Below, piece after piece: positions 12,201 through 24,700 of a DNA stretch of 64,000 bases; positions within the stretch are counted from its first letter, which is position 1, and each line of letters begins with the position of its first letter. The stretch spans positions 55,463 through 119,462 of the forward strand of contig JAQGDQ010000649.1 in assembly GCA_030141605.1 (NCBI GenBank), written 5' to 3'. The notes beneath the pieces were generated by a model. That model made no database searches and was not told the origin of the DNA. It saw only the letters and a program-made list of their open reading frames with translations. Position numbers and translations under genes: made by a program. This DNA is from Tubiluchus corallicola (Eukaryota; Animalia; Priapulida).

Positions 12201-15200
12201 GAAAGGGAACGACCATACGGTCTTTTACTCCCTTCCCCTATGTGTGGGGAAAGGGAACGACCATATGGTCTTTTACTCCCTTCCCCCATGTGTGGGGAAA
12301 GGCAACGACCATACAGTCTTTTACTCTCTTCCCCCATGTGTGGGGAAAGGGAACGACCATACGGTTTTTTACTCCCTTCCCCCATGTGTGGGGAAAGGCA
12401 AGACCATATGATCTTTTACTCCCTTCCCCATGTGTGGGGAAAGGCAACGATCATACGGTTTTTTACTCCCTTCCCCCATGTGTGGGGAAAGGCAACGACC
12501 ATACGATCTTTTGCTCCCTTCCCCTATGTGTGGGGAAAGGGAACGACCAGTCTTTTACTCCCCCATGTGTGGGGAAAGGGAACGACCATACGATCTTTTG
12601 CTCCCTTCCCCCATGTGTGGGGAAAGGGAGCGACCATACGATCTTTTGCTCCCTTCCCCCATGTGTGGGGAAAGGGAACGACCATACGATCTTTTGCTCC
12701 CTTCCCCCATGTGTGGGGAAAGGGAACGATCATACGGTCTTTTACTCCCTTCCCCCATGTGTGGGGAAAGGCAACGACCATATGATCTTTTACTCCCTTC
12801 CCCCATGTGTGGGGAAAGGCAACGACCATATGATCTTTTACTCCCTTCCCCCATGTGTGGGGAAAGGCAACGACCATACAGTCTTTTACTCCCTTCCCCT
12901 ATGTGTGGGGAAAGGGAACGACCATATGGTCTTTTACTCCCTTCCCCCATGTGTGGGGAAAGGCAACGACCATACAGTCTTTTACTCTCTTCCCCCATGT
13001 GTGGGGAAAGGGAACGACCATACGGTCTTTTACTCCCTTCCCCCATGTGTGGGGAAAGGGAACGACCATACGATCTTTTGCTCCCTTCCCCCATGTGTGG
13101 GGAAAGGGAACGATCATACGATCTTTTACTCCCTTCCCCATGTGTGGGGAAAGGCAACAACCATACGGTCTTTTACTCCCTCCCCCTATATAAAGTGAAA
13201 TAAATAATTTTAATCCGCATTGTAGACAATAACAAAGTTATTTTTTATGAGTACAATATAATGGTGTTGTTGTTTTTTAATTTTAGTTTTTTTCCAGTAA
13301 CTCCTTTAATCAAATTTTAGATAGTATAGAAGCTTAAATTACAAACAGAAAATAAAATCATTATACCATTTTGTAAAACAGCAAACTTGCAAATTTGAAT
13401 TGAATAAAAAAGTGTAAAAAAGACATTTACGTATGTTTGATCATAAGGTATAGAAAGACAATTTTTTCATGAGGAAATATTATCATGAACAATTATAAAG
13501 TGTCACATTGTTTTGTGACTTTGAGATATATAGATTAATTTTGGTTAATACCAGTACACAGATACTAGTAGACATAGCCAGAATTTTTAGAAGTGTGGAC
13601 TTCAACGATTAAAACATTAATTAAAAAAACATAAGTGAAGGCATTAGTATGTAAACAGAACATAACAAACATTTATCATAGTGCACATCATATGACAGGA
13701 ACACAAACGCACACACAGGAGCCATTAAAATACTTTTAAGAGATCTGTTAGTTCTAGTGGAAGTAGGAGTGTTGTTCATGAATTCCTTAATAGAGTTAAT
13801 TTTTGAACATTTTTGAAAAACTTCTCTTTTTATTATAAACAGTATACAAGAAGAAACAGTGCAAACTACATCTACAGCAGAAGTGTACAGAACTGCTAGT
13901 ATCTACACATTCACACTTACATGCACATGAATAGTATTCATACCATACATCAGTCTGTGCTTACCCTAAACAAAGCCTGGTATAATGCATTCGTAGTAGG
14001 AGACACTGCTTCTGACTGAAACAGTGGCAACATGAATATTTTAGCAAAGCAAAATCAGAAAGAGAATGCTGTCTAGCTACTTTCACATGTGCATGTACAG
14101 CTCATAACTTTGTTCTCCAAACTGTTTTGAGAAACTCACTCAACTAAACAGCTGGAAAATCTTCTTTATTATCTTATGAAATGAAAAATAACTTCATGGC
14201 ATGTAATATCCTTCTTATATGTTTTTGTTCTTGTTACTGGCTGTTATAACTTCAGTTTCATCAAAAAAACTTATATATATATATATATATAAAATAATAT
14301 AATTATATATATTATATATATAAGTTTTTGATGTATATATATATATAGTCTCACTAATCTATTGCATTTCTTAACGTTACATGTCATGACTGCCTTTACG
14401 TGAGAGGCTGTTATATCGGTCGCATAAAAACAGTTAGTGCAACTGTTAATGATCACATATGTACCATTTTAATCATTGTTGTACTAGGAAATACAGTTTA
14501 AATCAATTATAAGCAATAAATGTTTTGTTTATCATACGATTCACTTTAAATTTTCAGATTATTTCCATTACTTTTTTTCTTTCACTGTGTGGGACAATCT
14601 AACAAACCCTGCTTTTTGATTGCCCGCAACACATTTACATTCGTATACAGGTGACCAGTGTTTGAGGCTTTTCTTGTGCAGAAGCAATAAAAACTTATTT
14701 GTATTATGTTCATTGTAGGCCCTTTCACTAGATATTGTATATGAAACTATTGTAAATGTGTAATGTGAAATAAATGACTTATTACTTGACTTCTTATCCA
14801 ACTAGTAAATGTGTTATACTTTATAATACTGTCACAGTCTGGTAATAAACAGTGCCTGTACGATGTCACAGTACATGTTAAATGATAAGAAAACATGATA
14901 TTGCAATTAGCAGAAAGTTTCTGTCACTCACTATCTCATTATTCCGATTAATGCAGCAGGAATACGGCACAGAACATTTCATTGAACTTTTGTTCTCCTC
15001 CGTACAGTTGAAATACTTATTATGAGACCACTCCAAATAGGCCTCATCTGTGATACCACAACACTTGAACTAAGCAAAATGATAAACACACACTTTACAA
15101 GAAATCTTTTATAAAAACACAAATCTATTATTTGAAAAACATTATTTAAACAGATATATATATTATTATAATAAAATTATGTTAACCCTTTCAGTCCCAA

Positions 15201-17603
15201 ATTATTTTTTTAATAAGAATAATAGGCTTGGTACTTTTGTTAAGTATGTCCATCTTGTTTACACATAATAATTATTTTTTTCTACCTGTGCCCGCGTGCT
15301 AAATATAGCCTGTATCCCACGGGATACATTGGGATTCAATGGAAGCATAAAATGTGCTTCATTTTGCAACTGCTGATAATTTTTTAAAGTATTTAAGACA
15401 TTTAGTATGCATGCTATGCTGATCTGTACAAAGTCATCTCTAAAGTACTGTACCTTGCGCAGTTTTTTATGATATGTAGATTTTCTAGTTTGCCATTTTA
15501 TCACCATTTTTAGTCTATTGTTATTGGCTTAAATCAAAATAACTATTAACAGATCAAATAACTGACAGTTTGAAAATTTTATGAATTTTAAAGGCAGAAA
15601 ATATCCCACAGGATACAATAGGTACGAAAGGGTTAATTCCTATTAATTTAATTGTGTTTCCTGATCATATAATCAACCTCTTACATAAGATATAATAATT
15701 AGCAGGTGTCATAGACGATACCAAAAGCAAAGAAAAACAATATCAGCTTCTTATTTATAGGGGCAGTTCACATTAGCCTAGAAAAATTAATAGTTTTAAA
15801 AAACAAAACGAAATTTTTCTAAACAAAATTAGTTTGTTTAATCTGGTTTAACCTTTAAGCCATATAAGTGTTTATTAAAAACCCAACAAGCCTAAGTCTG
15901 GTCACGGAAGCATATCCAAACCTCAGAAAAAAGTAACATCCTTCCAACTGAAAAATTCCAGAACTGCGCCTACATGTAATCTACAATGGAATAACTGTTT
16001 ATTTCAGAAGCAATATGTCACAAACGTACCGTAATTTGTATAAAATCTATTACGTTCTGTAGATCTGGATCGTCATAATATCGTGAGATAAGCTTCCCAG
16101 TTACCGTTTGTTTAGTTTTGTTCTCAATCTTGTCATAGAAAATAAATCCAGCTATAGATATTCCTATCATAACTAGGAAAACTCCCATGAGTAAATAGTA
16201 AAACTGAAATACAAAACCTGCAAAATGTAAACTTTTCCCAAACAAAGTTCGAAACATTTAATAATAACTTTGTATTCCCATAAACATAATATTTTTTAAT
16301 CATTTTATAGTTATTTCGGGACCTCACACAAAAGTTGCACTGGGACTGCCATATATGGAACATGGTTGCTCATCTTGTGTGCATAAAAACACTTTCTCAA
16401 AAACCTTTAAAGGAAAACTAGACCTGTAGGTCAAAAAATAATGAAAGGAAACAAACTATTTTTCAAAAACGACTTACAAGAAAGAATTATTACCACACAA
16501 ACGCAATTTCACGTTCGCGCCACTAAGTTCTTCACTGTTATATGTATTTCACCATTCGCTAATTAGACGGGCACTAGCGCCTGCATTTCGAAATGCATTG
16601 CACAAAAAACAGGAGCTATATCTCTCAGTTCAGAAGTGTTAATTTGTGATGAACTACACACGTTCGACAGCTCTCGCGTGAGCACAGTGACAAATCTAAA
16701 ATTTGAATTTTTATTTTAAAACTTTCCTAATTTTAGTACAACACACTGAATATCTTACAGTAGCACTGTACTTTAATTTTCGCTTTTGCAAACATGTGCA
16801 ACACACTCATGGAATATTTTTGCTGTTGAAAATGATGTTAGTTTGTGATGTCATCAACCAATGGGCTTGCCCAATGTTATCTAAGTTTTTAATTTATTAT
16901 TTAATTATCAGAAACACTTTTGCAGTACTGATACTGTTAAAATGTATACTTTTTATCGGACCTGAAAATGGCACACAATATGAAAAATCATCCTCTCTTC
17001 CTTTAAGAAGTCCTTGTTACCTTCATATGAAAAATATAGAATGGAGCATTAGAAACACATGTTCAAAATCCGTAAACACTCTCGTGGTGCCTCCTAATAT
17101 TTTTAGATTTGTCTGTGGCATAATAACCAATGGTTCTTTGCTCCCAATATCAAGTGAAGTCTTTAATAAGCTTTTGCAGACAATTGCTGGTTGAGCTTGA
17201 CCGCATGTCGACAAATATGTACTTTGACTACTAATTGTAACTGTGTGGTGAGTCCGAGTATAAAAAGTGGTCTTAGTCATAAGACTGGGTTTGTTTAATA
17301 TTCACAGATCTCTCAACATATTCCCTCAATAATTTCCTTTCCAGGTTAATGACAAAATAAGAATAGCAACAAAGTACTATGAGAAACCAGGTTTCATTGT
17401 CATGCAAACTCTACTATAGCTACATGCAAGAAATCCTACCATTACATTCATCATGCTATGTACAGTTAATGAGGAGGAGGACTCGAAAGCTTAATGCTCC
17501 TTCCTCCTCCTCACAGTAACTCGTTTAGTTTATAATTTTTTTCAGTGTAATAACAATTTGTATGTATGTTTATATGTTGCTGTGGATAAATTCATATTAT
17601 TGT

Positions 17604-17643
<40 letters not shown>

Positions 17644-19550
17644 CACTTAAAAAAGTAGGCCTATTCCTAGATTCTCCTTCAAACGGAAACTACATTGTTG
17701 CTGATAGTTGGTCACTGATTACTAAGTCATTGTTTATTGCACTTTCAGCACAACACTTTGCTATAGTTAATACTTCTAATTAGTGCGGTATACACACAGC
17801 CTAGTTGATGCAAATTATTTCAAAGTGAGCTTACCATTTTGAGAAGACAAGTATTTTCTCGCAAGGCACCAAGACATCCTCCGAATGCCACAAGAAACAC
17901 CCATATACCAACAGCCATGAACACAATAGAAACATTAAATACATAGTCAAAAAGCCCGGGGTCTGTTTTTGCCGACTGTTCCTGCTTCTTCAGTAAGTGA
18001 GACCAAAGTCCAATACCAACAATCAACATGCCAATAATCTTGAAAAATGACAACATTGACTTTGATATGTGACTAACAGAAAATCAATTAAAAATACATT
18101 TAGTAGCTATTTAAACTAATAAATCAATGAAGGTATTGTGGAATGGCAATACCCTAGTGGTTTGTACTAGACCTTGCAGTTACGCAGCAGTAAGCCTAGC
18201 AAGCATCCAAACAGGTGACTGCCAGGAAAACTGCTTCTGGGTGGTTTCAGCAGGCTGTAAAGTATGAGTTTGAATTGTATAGGGGCCTATAAAAAACTTA
18301 TTTTTATGATATAAATAAAATTCCAAAACTGTGTATAAAATTCTAGAATTGTTTTGGAGTTATTCGCATAAAAAATTATGAACGGCATGAAAAAAACTAG
18401 CAATTAACTATAAATACGGTTAAATTCATTGCCATTGCTGCCACCACAACTAGCAAAAAATAAAGTGGTTTAGAAAAGCTTAGAGCTTAATAGCTCCAGC
18501 GTAAATCCCTACTAGAAATTAATAAATTTTACCCTGAAGTAGCTGTGGATCATTGGTTGAAACGAATCCACAAATGCATTTATACATACATAGATACATA
18601 TAATCACTGTAAAGACAGAAATAATGGAAAATCAGCAAAATTATACAATTAGAGAGACTGAATCAGCAAACAATAGTAAAGAAGAGGCATTTTGCTGTTT
18701 ACCAAATGAGTTGAGCATGATGGTAATAATTAGGTCTATAAACTTTGAAGAGAATTAAAATTGATTTTGCAAAAATTGTAGCACTGCTTGTGCATAAATA
18801 ACAAAAAGCCACGATTATGTTTCGAATATTAACCAGTTCTTATGTTCTAAAAACTAGTTTTTCATTAATGGCTTTAAATGAAAACTTTTCAAAACTGTTC
18901 AGTTCTTATCAAATTTTCACAGCATCAATTCACCAAAAGCAATTGAGTTACGAAAGTTCAATCACCAGAACTGTAATCAATTTTCAAGTCTTTCGTAATA
19001 TAATAAATTATTAATATTTTTTGAACAAATAAAAACACCATTAATTATCATAATGCAAAACAATGTTATCACCAGTTTCAGTATTCTGCCTACTCGCATT
19101 GTCTTGTAATACACGAAAGTATACCTTGTCCCAGACGTAGTATACCGTACAGACTACCAGTTCAGCATAATCAAAAACGAAAACAACCATATATCCGTTA
19201 AGGATATATGAGCTATATCAGGGACTACTGAATTGACTACATATAGTTTTGTATAATTATACTATAGTGTATTCATTAGTTTTTGTAGTAAACTAGTATA
19301 CACCCTATACACACCGCACACAATCCCACCACACGAGGAGTCATCAGGATAAGGAAAACTATGATCAGAATTCGGGTTTCGGGCCAACCATTTTTCTTCA
19401 TGATTGTAGTAACTTGTTAAATACTGATCATATGTGATATATAATTATGGTTTACTGATATAAAGTTGTCCCAATTCTTACCCAAAAAAGAAAGTTGAAT
19501 GAAAATAATAAATATTTTACAACTGGATTTACGTAAGTGTGACTCGGCAT
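6230..19550 (-). CDS. TSPAN33: Tetraspanin, TspanC8 subfamily (TSPAN33-like), 7 coding exons, 320 aa
   Basis: Exons (minus): 19550-19482 (MPSHTYVNPVVKYLLFSFNFLFW), 18038-17835 (..GCLGALRENTCLLKM), 16203-16030 (..YYDDPDLQNVIDFIQIT), 15069-14932 (FKCCG..WSHNKYFNC..CSVPYSCC..), 10211-10164 (TGYPNALCGKDVQSLT), 8068-7952 (YVEAKRVVYSIGC..), 6442-6230 (FFGLYLARLLIVQVEDQ..stop). All introns are GT-AG and phase 0. Four TM segments, CCG motif and 8 EC2 cysteines; PxVKYLLF and VxQxxDQ motifs point to TSPAN33 among the C8 paralogues. Confidence 0.93.
6463..7522. mobile_element. Degenerate pogo/Tigger-like non-autonomous element; a second partial copy at about 24418-24621
   Basis: Eroded terminal inverted repeats (agtcgtcgctcaatgac / gtcattaagcgaggaattact) and repeated cgttaa motifs; 7320-7522 is clearly homologous to 24418-24621. 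Confidence 0.55.
6600..6797 (-). mobile_element. Candidate LTR relic (3' LTR with polypurine tract)
   Basis: Minus strand: purine-rich ttaaggagtgg, then TGTCACG..., TATA-like GATATAAG, AATAAA, ending ..CTCTTCA; GC-richer than the flanks. Confidence 0.5.
8171..8645 (+). mobile_element. pogo/Tigger-type MITE family A, copy 1
   Basis: TIR (c)agtcaacctcgg..ccgcggttgactg followed by TA; repeated cccttatatccga motifs; homologous to 31446-31907 and 45385-45852. Confidence 0.88.
9024..9096. repeat. (CAAA)n microsatellite
   Basis: Direct reading. Confidence 0.97.
9407..10142. repeat. 15-bp minisatellite, about 49 copies
   Basis: Unit CAAATGACAACGACA; source of the QMTTT / CHLCR / SLSFV pseudo-ORFs. 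Confidence 0.96.
10546..11241. repeat. 16-bp minisatellite interrupted by an A/C-rich block at about 10655-10715
   Basis: Unit TGTAACACTGAAACAA. Confidence 0.96.
11575..11892. repeat. 7/14-bp minisatellite
   Basis: Alternating AAGACAC / AAGACAT. Confidence 0.96.
11965..13187. repeat. 48-bp GC-rich palindromic minisatellite, about 25 copies
   Basis: Unit CCCCATGTGTGGGGAAAGGGAACGACCATACGGTCTTTTACTCCCTTC; no unique spacers. Confidence 0.96.
13965..14015 (-). CDS. Candidate alternative 51-nt exon of the tetraspanin (SEAVSPTTNALYQALFR)
   Basis: Pyrimidine-rich acceptor ..ccactgtttcag|, donor AGG|gtaagc, 17 codons with no stop, phase 0/0 like the flanking exons. Confidence 0.45.
15186..15632 (+). 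mobile_element. piggyBac-type non-autonomous element, copy 1
   Basis: TTAA|CCCTTTCAGTCCC...GGTACGAAAGGG|TTAA; homologous to 48698-49035. Confidence 0.85.
16411..17002. mobile_element. Possible Kolobok-type non-autonomous element (second family)
   Basis: TTAA|AGGAA... ...TTCCT|TTAA termini; only a short TIR match. Confidence 0.45.
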
Positions 19551-20265
19551 CGTAACTTGAAAGTACTTTCGTAAATCGTGTTAATAAAGTAAAATAAACG
19601 TTTACACGTTATTTTTACACATTTACATTTTGATTTTTCACCCACTCTAATAAGGGGTATCTTCTAACGTCTCATTAACGTCTAACGTTTAATAAAGAAA
19701 TATCTGATTTCCCGTATTTCTAAGCCTGGCGTCTTGTGAAAGTCAGCTTGGTTGAAGACTTTGAGCAAAGGTTTTACATTTTATGATAATAAGTTGACGA
19801 GGTTCGATATGTCGAAAGTTTAAAAATACATCCTCCTAAGTTCAGATGTTTACTAACTTATTTTGATCTTGTTTACTAGTTTATGTGCTTTTATCAGATT
19901 TTGCCGATGACCAAGCTGACACTACAGAATAATTCAGTGGTCTAGCATTAGTAGATTCGCTCTGTAAATCTTTTGTAAGCAGTAGACATTGCAGACTTAT
20001 GTGTTAAAGTCTTGGCACTATAATGCCTATACTACAGCCTCTTCTGTGAACAATTGTCTACATTCCATTGGTTTTTAGAGAAGTCTTGCATAAACGAGGT
20101 GGTGTATATTTGATTAGGTTCTGAAGATATCATATAAACATTATATCCAGTTGGTGTTTTTAATAATGTGAACCTATTCTGAGGAGAGGCTAAGCATTAT
20201 GTTACACTGTAATTTCATTCATGTATAAAAGTAATTACATAATGTTTTATAATTGTGCATCGTTA

Positions 20266-21423
20266 AGGTAGTGACTAAATGTATGGATCCATATCTGAAT
20301 CGCAGCAACTAAAAATACGGATCCGTGTCTCGAAAGCTTTCACTAGAAAGTACAGATCGATTCATACCGCGAAAGCTCCGGATCGCCTGGCAGAGATGGA
20401 CAAATATCACTTTCTTGTTTATCCGCAGCCGCAAAATGCGCAAGTGTAAATATCCGCATCCTTAAAATCCGCGGATTGAGTGAAATTGAATATGCGCAAT
20501 AGCCGCAAAAATGTGGACAAGAAATTAATGAGGCCTGGTATGTGTCCTATATTGTTGAAAACCGTTTCCTAATGTGAAGCTAGGAGATATAATCGTGAAT
20601 CAATAAGAAATTGCTAGCCGGACCCCGATTTTGCTTGTAAGCCTTCAACGACAACTCACACAGCACGATGTATATAGTACATCATTCATTCATATCATAC
20701 CATTCACACTTCGAACCATTATGTATATATGTTGAACATTTTAATGACATATGTATATATATATATCACTCATTATAATAAAATTGATCATCATCAGCAT
20801 AAAATTTGAGCAGTGTCACTGAAATAGTCCGTCTGCTTTAAGACTAAATTTTCTTCTTTCATTAACTTTAACATCTTATTCAACACTTAATCAAATGCTG
20901 TTTCCGATATTTTAACTAGATTTTTGGCAGTTTAAAAATCCGCTGCCATTCCACTGCACATGCATAAGATTCACAGCATAAATTTTGGCAACAGGTGCAT
21001 ATAACAATTTAACAGCTCTTATAAATTGGATTAACTGTATATCACATAAAGACTAAAAACTTTTGCTATGTTCGACAAGTCAATACATCACAACTCAAAC
21101 TAAGAAAAAATACAGTTTAGTAGGTTATCACATTCACAACACTATATAGAAAGAATACTGGTTAGTAGGTCATATTGCAACACTCTAAGAAATTTGTAAC
21201 ACTTTAAGATTTAAAGTCTTGCTAACAGACCTACTACACATCATTTTTTGTAACAGTAAACAAAATAAATTAAACAAATTATTAATTGGTAGCTTATGCA
21301 ACACAGCATTCTATAAAAGCAAACAATTTGCAAGGCAATAAAAGGAGACTAATTAATATTGTCAGAAAGAAAAACGGTATTGTAGAAAAGACAAATACGG
21401 ATCCGTACCTCTAGTCACTACCT
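20266..21423. mobile_element. TIR-bounded non-autonomous DNA element (about 1.16 kb) between the tetraspanin and AGPAT start codons
   Basis: About 30-bp TIR aggtagtgactaaatgtatggatccatat / atacggatccgtacctctagtcactacct; subterminal atccgc/cggatccg motifs; no clean TSD recognised. Confidence 0.7.
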
Positions 21424-21700
21424 ATCTTTAATTGAGAACCACACGATTCACAATATATTTTACGATTCTGACCTATCAGGTGTTCATACAAAAAATGTGA
21501 CATGACGTGCTCCTATTATTTGTACGTGGGACATTTTACCTGAGATGAACAGTATAATTATATTTATTCATTTATTCGTTATTCTAATGCTATCATTTTC
21601 GCTTGTAGTACTATTAGTTAGTATTTTGTTCTTGATTGAAAGTTTGTCAGTTTAATGATAGTCATTATTTTTTAATCATAGATCAGCTATTGCTTCAACA

Positions 21701-24700
21701 ATGGTTTTAGCACGATTGAAGAAATTGCTTCTTTGTCACCTCCTTTTAGGTAAGAGCCCAACAAAAAATTTTTCGCTGGTAAATCTGTGTATTTTGTGCA
21801 AAATTTTTGTGCTGAGTCTAAAGTTAAATTGAGACAAAAAAGTAAATTAAATGATTCTCTGTTTTAGTGGGCTACAGTTGCAAAAATTTTTTTTGTTCAG
21901 TTCATTTATAAACTTTTTTTAAAATAGGGCACCTATACGCTGACTGGTATTTCAACACTCGTGTTGCTCTTCGTGTTTTCCTGTACAACTTATTTACTTC
22001 ACCTTGTGTTTCTTAGTAACTGGAGAATTTCAGCAAACACCTCATTTTCGCTAGATTATTGATTATCGACAAATTCATTTTTGTTTTTGTTTTTTCAGTG
22101 AATCGTCCCAGTATGACCCATTTTCTTTTGGGTTAATTATTAGTTGCAAAATTAATCTGTATTTTTCTGTTTATTGCATTACTACTATTTGGCTTGTTTC
22201 CCTAGGGTATGTGTTTGTTGCAAGTGGATTGATAGTAAATCTTCTTCAACTCTGCTGTCTACTAATAGTATGGCCTTTCTCCAAAAACTTATACAGGCGT
22301 CTTATTTCACACTTGTGTTATCTCCATTGGTCACGTAAGTTAAACACTCATTAGTCACGGTGGAACATACTTACTTTACAATTTTGTATCGCATGTACAG
22401 ATCTAGAACAAATGTGATGCAACTTAACTGCAAGAAATTGTTTCTATCTATTTGTTTTTTTGTTGACAACTTAGTGAAAGGTTGGTTCTTTACAGAAGAC
22501 GGGACAAGGTAGCATCTTTTTTAAATTATTTTCCTTAATGAAGCCACCATCCACTATATTACAGATACTCAGGTTATTTTTTATTGTATTTGGTGATAGA
22601 AGAAAAGACGTTATTGACAGGTGCCACTTAGTGTTTCTACATTCTTGGTGGTTTAGAGGGTGTACGGTAAAAATTGCACAGGTAAAAATGGCACAGCAAA
22701 AAATTGCACAAAAAAGGCACAGGTAAAAATGGCACAGATGGAAAAGTAGAAAAAAATCGCATATGCTAATAAAACTGGAATGTGCCCATTGTAAAAAAAA
22801 TTAAAACTGAAACTTTGTCTGATTCTTTTGATTAAAAAAATTTAACACAATGGTAAACAAGCAAACTACAAAAATTTGCGTATATTAGTTTTATATAGAC
22901 TAAGAAAAGTCTCACAAAATATTTATTCATTAAATAGATTTATAATCAGTAATGCACGAATGTCCCACATAGTCTTTACCTACGCTTTTAATCGTGTAAT
23001 AGATTAACAAATATATGCGTATTTACATAGCAAATCATCTTATGATACACATTAATAAGCAAAGGTTATAGACAGGTTATATTACTCAAGTGAGAATTTC
23101 ACCAAATGGAACTGGGACTAACTCGTAGTACATTGTTTGTCCAGGTGGAAATAACAAAAATGAAGTACTAAATATTTCTCTGAAACCTCCACGAAGTGTG
23201 TCGCGAATGTTTTTTTGGTACTTGGTGTTGGGCAAGTTTTGCGAAAAAACTGGTGAAAAGATTCCCATTTTGCTCCCAATACCTGTGTTCTCCACCAAAG
23301 TTTCATGGAAATCTATTAGGTAGTTTTGTAATAGGCTTACTGCCGTAACAGACATAATACAGCTAAACAAACAGAAAAACAAACAAACTGTGTTGAAGCA
23401 CAACTTCCTTGGTAGAGGTAAAAATAACTAAAATAATTGTCATCAACAGTAGATCTAACTCTAAACTAATATATGAGTCATTTTTCCTGTGTCATTTTTA
23501 CCTACATATGTCACCCTATACTGAAAATTACCCATACTTACTAATTGTGTACTTAACAAACTTAACAATAGCATCACAGGAGTTGGAAATTTTAGTTGCA
23601 GACAGGAAACAGTGGAGTGCTCTAATAAGGGATAGAGGCTCAAGGTGTACAATAGATGTTTAGAGTAACAGAAGAAGAAGAAGAAGAAGAAGAAGAAGAA
23701 AATTGCTAATCATTAGGCCATGCTTATAGGGAAGCTTTTGCTAATCCTAACCCTAAACTCGCATTTTACTAAGTGTGCCATTTTTTCCTGCACCTTTTTT
23801 ACCTGTGCCATTTTACCTACTTTTCCATTTGCGATTTTTACCTACGTTAAGTTTAGGATTATGTCTATTTTGTGCAAAACTTATTCAAGATTAATGTTTA
23901 ACAGTAACTGTTACTGGTACGTAGTTGTTCAGTTAGTGTTTCATTTGTAACATGTTTTTTCTAACAGCTACCAAATGCTGTCATGTAACATTAGTAATGC
24001 CAGCTATAGCATAACATGATATTAATCATTTAGCTTCGAAATAGTTATATGCAAATTATTTTGTTTACAGAACTTGTTTTTCTGGCAGAGTGGTGGTCCG
24101 GATCAGACTGTGAACTTGTTTGCCCAAATCCGGACGATCGCAACTACTACGGTAAAGAACATGGAATTGTCGTACTTAATCATAGCTATGAAATAGACTG
24201 GCTTATGGGTTGGATAATGTGCGAACGGTTTGGAACACTTGGTGTAAGTGTCAAAACGTTTTGTGTTAATTTTTATTGATCACCCGGCGCATTTAATGGC
24301 AGTGGCAGATCCAGGTCTAGAAAAAAGAGCACTAGGTTAACTGTTTAAATATAATCTATGTCTGCCTCGGCTATTCTTGCTATTATTGTTATTCTCTGCT
24401 ATTATTGTTTTTTTAAAACAGAATAATACAATACGTACCATTTTAGTGTTTCAAATTAATTATAAAAAGCTGTTGATAAAATAAAAAATGATATAGAAAT
24501 GAGCAAAGTAAAAAAAATCATCGCTTAAATGAAACGGTGTGTCATTAAGTGAGAAAAAGGTGTCAAAGGTTCAGCGTAGAAACGTCACTAAACAGGGAGT
24601 TGCTAAGCGAAGACTTACTATATTCATGCAAAAGCCTAAAACAACAAACTAATTGTTGAATATGTCGTTTATTGTAGTACATTGTTATTATAATCATTCT

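Noticed and set aside
11943-13203. Overlapping 100-400 aa ORFs; CRISPR-like palindromic repeat
   Set aside because: Head-to-tail 48-bp units with no unique spacers, no cas genes, and a eukaryotic intron context.
16703-17280. 163-aa and 85-aa ORFs in tetraspanin intron 2
   Set aside because: No recognisable domain or splice-consistent structure; partly overlaps a probable MITE.
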